A stretch of DNA of 64,000 bases, from the NCBI GenBank assembly GCA_037379345.1, contig CM074514.1, forward strand, positions 3,286,001 to 3,350,000. The letters are read 5' to 3'. The first letter of the stretch is position 1. Each line of letters begins with the position of its first letter. Origin of the DNA: Perna viridis (taxonomy: Eukaryota). A model generated the notes under the pieces. That model had not been told where the DNA came from. It saw only the letters and a list, made by a program, of their open reading frames with translations, and did no database searches. Below, piece after piece: positions 39,501-51,500 of this stretch. Made by a program: the position numbers and the translations under genes.

Positions 39501-42500
39501 TCAACTTTTGATTAACAGTGTCCATGTGTGACATATCTCTCTGATAACAGTTTATTGGAGATTTTTGTCCCAACTGCTTTGAAAATAAAGGGCTCAAAGG
39601 GGAAATTAGGCATTGAATCAGATTTCAGATACCTCTTATGGTTTCCACAATGTAAGTGGCAGAAGGGGGCCATGCCAAAAAAAAATCAGCTTTTTTTATT
39701 TATGGTCAGATTGGTCCCAAGTCAGGAATTTCAGACCTCTGTATGTCTTGTTTCTTTTTCACCTTTAGTTTATTTTTTATGTTACTTCAGTATATAGAAG
39801 CAACTCTTTTTACTGAACATGTGTAAAACAATGTTTTGGGGCCAGCTGCAGCCTGCCCTGTGGTATGATGATTTCCTGGTAGTTCATTGAAGATCAATGG
39901 GTGGCCTTGGGCTGACATTTTCATCCTGGTGGGGATGTTGTCTCTTTGGCATATACACCATACCTTTTCTCATTATATTAAGTGTGTAAAAACCAAATAT
40001 TGTGTCCACACTTGCCCACTTGTCTTGGTCAACATCTTTTGTTGTCTGTCCCTGTCATATCCCTTTTCATTGTTAACATAATCTTCTCATTTAAAACTAC
40101 TTAACCAATTATAACCAAACTTGGAATAAATGTTCCTTAACTGATGTTCATCCATTAACAAATGTGGCTGCTTTTACTAAAGATAGACCAAAGGGTCAAA
40201 CAGCTGTTTCTTTAAATGTCACAAAAGTTATTAGGTTCAAACTAAGGCTGACATGAGGGTCGGAGATTTAAATCTTTCAATGGTGAAACTGTTGAAATTC
40301 ATTTGATTCATTTTCGTGTCATTGTCCTTTTTTTTACATTGTTTTTGCTATTTTGTTGTTATTATACCTCCCACAAACAATTTTTTTTTTGGGGGGGACA
40401 TATGATTCACCCTGTCTGTTCATCTGTACATCTGTCTGTCTGTCCATCTGTCCACATTTCTTGTAAGAGCATCTCCTCTTAAATTGCTCAAGGGATTTTG
40501 ATGTAATTTTGTAGGAAGGTTGGGTATCATATGTTGATGTCCTTGAAGGATTATAATTATTGTCAGAGGTCTCAAAGGAAGATATTTTAAATTAAGAGTT
40601 TTTTTCATGTTAAAACAATTCCTCGATTTTATTTTTAGGAATATTGGGTATCTTATGTAGATGGGTATGAAGGAATGTAATTACTGTCAGAGGACTAAAG
40701 GGGGATAATTCAAATTAAGGGGTTCACATGTTAAAACCAAGCAAGCCTAAACTGCTCAAGGGATGTTGATGAAATTTTAAAGGAAGATTAGGTATCATAT
40801 GTTCATGTGCATGATGGATTCTAATTACTGTCAGATGATGAATAAAAGAGATAATTCAACATGTGTTGTACATTTGTGTCAATTCAAAGCGTGGTATTTT
40901 TTTTTGTGAGCTTGCTCACAATATTTCTAGTTATTTTTATATTTACATTTCCTTTGAAACTAATTGACCATTTTAAGACTTGGTATAAATGTGACTTAGT
41001 GTATTCTAATTAGAATTGGTGTGTTTTTTTTTTATCAGCTAACTGACAAACATGGCTGCCATTACTTAGATAGGCCATAGAAGTCATACTGTTTGACTGG
41101 ATCATAATTTTTTTCTGATTTGTTAACATTCCTTCATAAATTTAATTTTTATTTTAAAGATATTATATGTGCTGATAATAAGAAAAAGGGATATTTCATT
41201 CAATGTGAAATTGAGATTTGGTACAGGGAGCAGCATTTTTGAAGTTTTACTATAAAACTTATTTTTTTTGTGTTGCATAATGAAAATAAATAAATAAGAA
41301 AAGATGCTTATCCTCAATATTATTGCTAATGCATTAAAAACAAAGGCATTAATTCCTGTCAACAATTTTACACCTTATCTATAGTTTATATATACACACA
41401 TTTTGCTTATTTCTTAGATTTACAGATATAAAGATAAGCAGGTCTTATGGAAGGGGTGTGTATATATAATACCAAAGAAAATAACTACTGAACCATTCCT
41501 ACTAATGCACACAGTTAATATATGAGTTTATTTCCAGTATGTGTATTTCTCACATTTTGCAGAGGTAGGTAACATTCTTGCTATAATAGTTTTTTTTTCA
41601 CACAGATTACCCAAAGACAAAGAAACCAAAAAAAGTTAAGGCAACTGAAGCCCCACCATTGCCTCCAGAACCAGCTTATAAACAGGCTGTCTACAGACTC
41701 AGTATCTTCAGTGCTTATTGTATATGGTGGGATAGAACTACTGACCAGTGGTCTAATGAAGGATGTGAGGTAAGCCATGATTACTCACTGTAGAACTACT
41801 GACTAGTGGTCTAATGGAGGAAGTGAGGTAAGCCATGATTACCTACTGTAGAACTACTGAGCAGTGGTCTGATGGAGGATGTGAGGTAAGCCATGATTAC
41901 CTACTGTAGAACTACTGACTAGTGGTCTAATGGAGGATGTGAGGTAAGCCGTGATTACCTACTGTAGAACTACTGACTAGTGGTCTAATGGAGGATGTGA
42001 GGTAAGCCATGATTACTCACTGTAGAACTACTGACTAGTGGTCTAATGGAGGATGTGAGGTAAGCCATGATTACTCACTGTAGAACTACTGACTAGTGGT
42101 CTAATGGAGGATGTGAGGTAAGCCTTTATTACCTACTGTAGAACTACTGAGCAGTGGTCTGATGGAGGATGTGAGGTAAGCCATGATTACCTACTGTAGA
42201 ACTACTGACTAGTGGTCTAATGGAGGATGTGAGGTAAGGTGTGATTACCTACTGTAGAACTACTGACTAGTAGCCTAATGGAGGATGTGAGGTAAGCCGT
42301 GATTACCTACTGTAGAATTACTGACCAGTGGTCTGATAAAGGATGTGAGGTAAGCCTTTATTACTGAATGTAGAGCTACTGACCAGTGGTCTGATGAAGG
42401 ATGTTAGGTAAGCCATGATTACTCACTGTAGATCAATTGACCAGTAGTCTAGTGAAGGATGTGAGGTAAGCCATGATTACCTACTGTAGAACTACTGACC

Positions 42501-45500
42501 AGTGGTCTAATGAAAGATGTGAGGTAAGCCATGATTACTCACTGTAGAGCTATTGACCAGTAGTCTAATGAAGGATATGAGGTTAGCCATGATTACCTAC
42601 TGTAAAACTACTGACCAGTGGTCTAATGGAGGATGTGAGGTCAGCCATGATTACCCACTATAGAATTACTGACCATTAATCTTATGAAGGAGGTGAGGTA
42701 AGCTTTTATTACTCTTTGTAGAACTACTGAGGAGTGGTCTGATGAAAGATGGTGGGTAAACCATGATTACCCTTTGGAGGACTACTGACCTATGGTCTCA
42801 TGAAAGATGTGAGGTAAGCCATGATGACTCTTTGGAGAACAACAAACCAGTGGTTTCATGAAGGATGTGAGGTAAGCCATGATTACTATTTGTAGAACTA
42901 CTGACCAGTGATTTAATGAAGGATGTGAGATATGCCTTGATTACCTACTGTAGAACTACTGACCAGTGGTCTAATGAAGAATGTGAAATAAGTCATGATT
43001 ACTCAATGTAGAGCTACTGACCAGTTGTCTGATGAAGGAGGTGAGGTAAGCCTTGATTACTCCTTGGATAATTACTAACCAGTGGTCTAATGAAGGATAT
43101 GAGGTAAGCCATGATTACTCACTGTATAACTATTGACCACCAGTCTGATGAAGGATGTGAGGTAAGCCATGATTACTCACTATGGAACTGCTGACCAATG
43201 ATCCGATGAAGGATGTGAGGTAAGCCTTGATTACTCTCTGGAGAATTACTGACCAGTGGTCTAATGAAAGATGTGAGGTAAGCCATTATTATTCCCTGTA
43301 GAATTACTGACCAGTGCTTTTATGAAAGATGTGAGGTAAGCCATGATTACTCACTGTAGAACTACTGACCAGAGGTCTGATGAGGGACGTGAGGTAAGCC
43401 TTGATTATTCCCTGGAGAATTACTGACAAGTGGTCTAATGAAGAACATGAGGTAAGCCTTGATTATTCCCTGTAGAATTATAGACCAGTGTTCTTATTGA
43501 GAAGGTGAAATAAACCTTGATTTTTTGGTTCTTTTTAAAACAGTTAAATGAAAAGATTAACTCTCCAAGTAGTATCAACTCAACTTAAGCAGCAAAGACT
43601 TTGCTTTTCTTCTTTTTACTTTATTTTACCACTAACATCCCAGAACCATGTCCTTTCAACCATCAGACCACAATCAGCTCTGGACCATATTCACTGCCTA
43701 CCATGCCATCTGACATCCTTTTGTATTTTACTATTTTCAGGTTGGACCACTATCAACTCCAGACCGTATCCACTGCCTCTCCAGCCATCTGACATCCTTT
43801 GCTGCAGGTTTTGCTGTTCCCATGAACACAATAGACCTGAATGATTCAGCTTTTACTAAGCTGGATGAGAATCCCATTATTTTCTGCACCATGGTATCTC
43901 TGATGTGTCTGTATTTGTTGATGTGTATATGGGCTCGTAAAAGGGATCTTCTTGATAGAATTATGGTAAGGAAAACATGTATCTTTGGATGGAGATGTTA
44001 AATCCTTGAAAAGATCCATTTAAGTACCATTCAATATAAAATTCAGACACTGCCAATGATAGAAGTAATACAATGTGTAGAAAAAAAACAATGATTTTTT
44101 TTCAGTCTACACACACCAAATTCTTATGTTGCTGTAGTCCTTTCTTTATACATATCCCACTTTAATCAACCAAATCTTCATTACAATCAATATCTCAACA
44201 GTACAACATTGTAATGAGGGAGAGTAATCAAGAGAACCAAGGTTATAGCGGTAATCAAAAGAATGCATTCCAGGGACAAAGACCAGACATGGAAAACAGA
44301 CATACACAACAAAGAACATAAAGTAACTAAGATCATACATACAAAGTAACAAAAGCAAATGAGGAACTCAGACTCCACTAAAAACTGGGAGCATGGACCA
44401 GGTGCACTGGTAGGGTAAGCGTCCTCTGCTTTTCTAGAAATACATGACTTTGGTTATATTGTAGGTAACCTGTTTCTGAATTAGGAATAAAAGAGAGTTT
44501 TGTGTGTTTTTAACATGTATATATAACCTCAAATGTTTATAAAGATGGCTAATTTAAGTTTCAGTGAAGTAATGTGTCTTCAGAGTAATGATTTATAGTG
44601 TTCAAGGCGGTATGCCGGGAATACAATTTATCCAATCAAACATCTAAAAAGAAAAAAAAATTAATGCTGGAGCTCATTTTTGCAATGAATGCCTCTTAAA
44701 GCGATATTTGTTGAATTTCTATAGAGTAACTCAATAAATACACAAATTAATGATTCAAGACTATTTTGTTTATAACAGGCAGGATCATCACCACTTCCAG
44801 ACAATGATCCTAGAGATAAATACCTGTATGAATTACAGGTATTCACAGGTGCAAGAAAAGGAGCTGGTAATTACTTCAAATATTCTATATGAGTGTGGTT
44901 TGATGTTACAGTCTAGATAAAACAAGTTTAATATCTTTTTGTCAGTGTATATTGTAAATTTCAAAGAATATGTGTACTTAATTTAAACGTCGCTGTTTCT
45001 TTTCATACTAAACCATATTCACTTTTAAACTCTAATAAAGTATCATACCTGTTTACACTCCCAAAGTAGGGGAAGACTCCCACAAAATCAATGACAAATT
45101 TAAAAAAATGTTTGAAGTTCACTAGTGACATTACTACAACATAAGGATACCTTAACATAGAAGATGCAAAATTGGAAAGAAATAAGTGTAAGTGTTTGTA
45201 AGAATCAGGCAAAATGGAAAAAATCAGAAACATGCATGTCAAAACCCCACCAATCTGACAATGTAATATCACTCAGGGATATTGTCTATTGGAGAAGACC
45301 ATTATTTGATCTCTGCATCACTGTCTGTGCTCAGAAATCTTTCAATAGAATCTTAGAAAAATGTTCATTTTCAGTGCATTTCAATGAAATTAAAACTCAA
45401 TGGTCCAGTATGATATGAAAATTCTTGTCTGTTTTCCTTGATTCTGATGCTGAAAAAAGTCAAATAAAACTATCAAAATGGTGGTTTTTGTCATGCCATG

Positions 45501-48500
45501 TTTCACACACTGCCTGATTCTTACAGATACTGACACTTAATAACTTTTGGAATCTTTATTCTTTAGCTAACATCGTTTAATTTAACTTTTGTAACTCGTT
45601 ATGATTTAAAAATACTGCCCGCTCTTTTGCTGATGAGCATTTTCTCTTGGATTGAAATATGTTCTTTACAAAACAGGCTTATATCAGATTGTAACTAGCA
45701 TTTTTTTCCATTTCCATTTTTTTGTTATATCCTAAATAGATGTATTTTGAAGTAATGGAACTGTCTATTATAGCCTTCATATACTTGTATTTAATGTGAT
45801 GTATATGACAATATAGGTACAACAGCCAAAATATCGTTTATACTGACTGGAGATCAGGATGAGACTGCACCCAGATACTTGGCTGATGAGAAAAGACCTG
45901 TACTTCAGGCATCTAATATTGATGGCTTTGTACTGGCTGTACCCCGGCCACTTGGGAAACTGACACACTTACGGTAGCATTTGTTATTTATTATACAATA
46001 ATTTAATTGTCTTTTAATGTACTGTACAGGTGGATGATTTTATGTGTGTAATATTGCTCTACATATACTTCTTGTGGATAAAGAGCACATTCAAGAAGAC
46101 CAATAACCATAATTCCAAATTAATATTGTTAGTGATAATCTTTCTGATGGCTGATGTGCCTTGACAGGTCATAAAATCCATTTTATCAAAATTTGGTATA
46201 TATATATAGAAGGGTCTGAAAAATTCCCAACGATGTTAGATCTGTCAAATTTGCAAAGCAAAATTTTTGTCATTACCTCTGCAGGACTCAAACTCATACT
46301 GCTGTGATATCTATGGCAACACCGCCAGCACAAATTCCAGCACCCTAGACCACTCGTTGTGACATGTATTATTAATTTGATCCTCTATCCTACATAATAA
46401 TACCTAGATGAGCTGTCTCGTACTACCATACATTGTGTACAAAGTTGCAACTCTAGATTAATCCTACGAGGAGGAATGACCCGGCCAGCAAAAGCTATAT
46501 TTTTTATAGCCTAGTTGGCCAAGTTGTCTAGGGCGCTGGACTTTGTGCAGGTGGTGTTACCATAGATGTCACAGCAGTACGAGTTTGAGTCCTGCAGAGG
46601 GAACGACAAAATATTTGCTTCCCAAATTTGACAGTTCTAACATTGTTGGGAATTTTTCAGACCCTTCTATATGTTTACATCATCTTCCCTGTATCAATTT
46701 GATCTGATTGAGCAGTGTAGCGTATAGAGTCGTCACATTCTGAGACGTTGTATAATATTGATTTGTTTTGACATGCATCATTAATTTGATCCTCTATTAT
46801 ACATAGTAACACCTAGTTGAGCTGTCCCATACTACCATACATTGTGTACAAAGTTACAACCCTAGATTAATCCTAAGAGGAGGAAAGACCTGGCCAGTGA
46901 AAGCTATAATTTTTATAGCCTAGCAGGCTAAGAGGTCTAGGGCACTGGACTTTGTGCAGGCGGTGTTCCCATAAATGTCACTGCGGAGGGAACGACAAAA
47001 AACTGTTCCATAAATTTTGCATAGTAGTTTGAACATACTTTCTATTTTCTCAATTCATGATGTGATCAACGGAAATAACCCTTATTTTCTATTTATAAAC
47101 TTACAAGTATATAAAATGATGATTTTATATTTTCACACTCTGTAGGATTTGGCATGACAACATGGGAAGTAGCCCAGAATGGTATTTTAGTAGGATGCAG
47201 ATAGAAGACTTGCAAACAGGGGATAAATACTTCTTCATTTGTGAGAACTGGTTGTCTCTAGATGAAGATGATGGACTAGTGAGTATTATTCTATTCCATG
47301 CATATTTTCATCTGATTTAAAATAGTACTATAATAGTTTTTACAAATTGGTCACATTTATAGATTTTATTTTTAATCTCTTGTTTGCTATTCACCACATC
47401 AGTGTGGTTTTTGGGACACACATGTGTCCAAAGTATGTGACCCTTACTGTCTAACAGTTCTTAGTCTCCATTTTTTATGCTATTTATCAGTACACATGTG
47501 CTTTGAAAGTTTCTAGATCAAGTACCATCATTGATTGCCCTTTGGTCTTTAAAACTTTGATTAGAATTCAAATTTAACCAGGAGATTTTGAGGAACACTT
47601 CTTTCAGTTATTGTACATTTTATCATACCTGCGCAAGTTCTTGTACTTACAGATTGACAGAATGATTCCAGTAGCAGGGCGAGCTGAGCTCACCAGTTTT
47701 AACTATTTATTTTGGACTAAAGCTAAGTACAGCTTGGCAGATGGTCATCTCTGGTTCTCTATATTCAAACGTCCAGCCAAGAGTAACTTTACAAGAATCC
47801 AAAGATTGACTTGTTGCTTATCTCTGCTGTTTGCCACTATGTGTACCAGTATTGCTTTTTATAATGCTGATGAAGGTTCCAATCCTAAAGAATATGGTGT
47901 AGGTCCAGTGACTATAACTCCCACAGGACTTTATATTGGAATAGTCAGTGGATTGATGTCATTACCTATAAATCTGCTGATTGTAGCTCTTTTCAGATTC
48001 TCTAAACCTTTTCCTAAAAAGGTAGAGGAAAGACTATTGTATAGGTTCTACAGTAAGTTTCTATGTTTACCCTGCTTCAAAAAGAAGGTTAAAGCAATGG
48101 ATGAACAACAGGCTGAAGAAGAGAAGAATGATATAGTCGGACAGGCCAGAAGGAGAGAGAAATCAGATTTAGATGCTAATGCTGTCAAAATAGAACTTGA
48201 AAATGAATTGGACATGTTAGATAAAGATGACAACCAAAATAAAGATGAAAATGTCAAAAATATTGAAACCAGATCTCCTCCAAGGAATTATGTCAAAAAG
48301 CCATCTGCTGAGCTTAATCCAGTTCCAAAAGTTTTGACACTTAAGAAAGATGAGGACAAAAAGAAAAAGCCATTTAAATTGCCATACTGGGGGATATATA
48401 TAGGCTATGCTTTGTCATTCTGTACTGTTGCAGTAGCATTCTGGGCTACAGTGGAGTTTGGTGGAGTGTTTGGCCCTAAGAAGTCTTTGGAATGGCTTAT

Positions 48501-51500
48501 ATCATTCTTTATTTCATGTTTTGAATCAATTTTCTTCTCACAACCTTTAAAGGTATGTTTTATACGCCTTTTAGAGAGTACTGAAAAAAATTGTTTAATG
48601 TAATGCAGTAACCTGATTACTCATTCTGAAAAAAAGCAATTTTAAGTTTATTTAACCATATTTAACCATAACAGATTGGATAACATAGTGGAATAAGTGA
48701 TAAGATAAATATTGGCAAAAACGTATTGAAGCATCAAAATCCAAAGCCATGACCAAAAAATGAAATCTAGAAGCACAGACACTTCATTTACTCAATATAG
48801 ACAACAGAATTAAATACATAGAATTAAAGATAAAAAAAACAAAGGAGCACACAAAAACTAAAGCACTTGCATGAAAAAACTGGGAGTGGCATCAGGCAAG
48901 CTTGTAAGCTAGCAGCACCAGCAATATTACTTTATAAAGAACAAATAAGCTGTTTTATATAAGTCTAGTAAGGTCTTTGCCATTAATTTATTGAAGTATT
49001 TTGAATGTGTTTGTAGGTGATCATTATTGCTGTGATTTATGCCATTTTCATTAAAAAACCAGAGGCCAATGATGATGAGAATGAGAAACAGTTAGAGGAT
49101 GGAGAAGAATGGCTACATACACATCTAACAGAGGATGATCTAAAAAACCCTGATAAAATGAGAGAATTAGAAAAATTAAAGTCTACTGCACCACTTCCTC
49201 CAGAGCTGGATTTCTTAAAAACTGCGAGAGAGGAAAGGTCAGTTTATATACTAACAGGCATGATATATTATAGTACAAAAATATCGTCTATTTGCTGTCT
49301 GTCCATGAATCCCACCTCCTACAATGCCTCAAAAATGCTGAAAGCAATTCTTTATGAAACTTCAATTAACTGTTTGTTTCAATTGACATAAGCTACATTT
49401 TGCATTTCGCTCTTTAGTAGATATGGGTTTATAACACACAAAAAGTGTGATGGACATATCATATTCATCAGTGAGTTCCTGTTCATTTGTCAGTCAGTTT
49501 GTCTGTCCACATATTGTATGTATACTTTGAGGGATTATACTAAATTTCTATTATTTGATAGAATTAGCATTGTTATTTATATATGAAGATAGCTTGTTTA
49601 TCATTATTGATCATCACATTATACTTTACAGCAAAGAAAATACTTTTTATTTTACATAACTGGTACATGTAAATTCATAAATTTATCCACAGTTAAAGTC
49701 TAGATAAATACATTATATATTTAATTATTTCAGACAACATGAGTTAGCCATGTATTCCTTACTTAAGGAGATAGCTATCTGTGTATTTTTCCTGTATTTC
49801 ATCCTGATGATAGCCTATACTAACAGAGATCCCTGGTCCTACAGACAGTATAACAACTACAATAACATGTTTAATTTGGGAGCGTTCTCTCCTTCATATA
49901 CAGTCAAGTTTGAAGAGGTAAACATTGACTGGTTGCTCTTCAATTTTTATGTTTTGAGTGGTATCTTGTCTCGTCTTTATACCCTGCCACTTGAAGTGAC
50001 GAGGTATTACCCTGGAGTGTCAGTTCTTCCTGTGTCTTTCTGTCTGCCCACTGACAGTTTCCAAATCATACTTCAAAAAGTATCTGAATTTCAGTTTGAT
50101 TGGATTAAAAGTTATAGCCAATTTATGTTGTGTCCTACCGCCACCCCCCACCCACCCCCATTTTTTTTCTTTCCAACAATATTTTTTATTTTTTTGTAGT
50201 ACATTGTATAAAACAGTGAAAGTTTTTTTGAGGTTAAGGAGTAAAAGATAAACAGTTGCCAATTAGTCCCTTTATTAGACAATATTAGATCTTACACAAA
50301 GTGCATGCCCCGAAAAGCAACAAAGTAGAGTTGATATCATGAAGCACAAAAAAAAAAAATATCTGTGAAAATATGGAAGTTGCTTTACAGATTTGCTTAT
50401 TTTTCTTTCATTGAAGCCTTTTTTACTGATGTAATCAATTCAACTCCTTGGAGTTTTTTTTTTATTTGTCATTGTATTGCTAATTATTCACTGATTAACT
50501 TTTTATATTTTTAGATAAGTTCTATAGCACAGTTCTGGAACTGGACAGAAAATGCCTTATTGAACAGTTTATATGATACAGACTGGTATAATGGTGACAC
50601 CTTTACAGGAAGTTCTAAACTTATACAAGATAAACAGACAATTTTGGTAGGAAGTGCTAGGCTGAGACAACTTCGAGTTGTACCTTGTAAGTTAATTCCT
50701 TTGTCACTTTGTCTATATTTCGCTTAACTATCTTCGAATCAAGAAAACATGCAAAAGTGACTAAGTACATTTTTGCGCAATTTAGTTTATCTGCAGTAAT
50801 TGATATGGATGAAGTATGACAACAAGCTCGGATACTAGTTATAATACCTGCACCCGGATTTATATGGGCTTGGCCCCCAGTTTCCGCTTTATTGGTTCTG
50901 GCAATGTTTAGGAAAGAACAATTTGTTTCCATCTGCAAGCAGCATGACTGTGCTTTAAAATGGCCCCTGGTCACAGCAGAATTAATCTAGAGTGCTTTAT
51001 TTTGCCTCGAATCTAAATAAGAATGAAGTCTCTCCTCACCATTACTTTTTTAACCCATTGTATTAACTATTTCTGGTTTTAGTCCAAACTGAGGCCAAAA
51101 ATTTAAAGAAATATTCATTCTCTCTCATGAGTGATCCTCTAGGGTACTCCTGATCACCCACTCGTGACTACAACAAAAATATACTTGGCTTCACTGGCCT
51201 TCACAGGGTACAAGCTGTGGGATTAATGTGCTTTTTTTTTGTTTGCTCCTGTTGAACCCCACATTTGGCAAAAAATGGCCAAAAATGGACCCTCCCACCA
51301 CCTCCTCACCCCATCCACCTAATCTTGTGATCACCTATATTTATCTTTTATACAAAAATCAGCATCTGGACCATTGTGCAACTAATTTGCATAAGTTTGC
51401 AAAACATCGAAATCTAGACATTTTTTCAGAACAAATCAGCATGACAAGGGTTAAGGGAGATAAACCAACTTAAGGGTTTTACATGTTAAAACCTTGTCAG

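Noticed and set aside
46507-46600. tRNA-Leu/Ser gene
   Set aside because: Degenerate A and B boxes, no clean cloverleaf, and present as three diverged copies, so interpreted as a SINE head.
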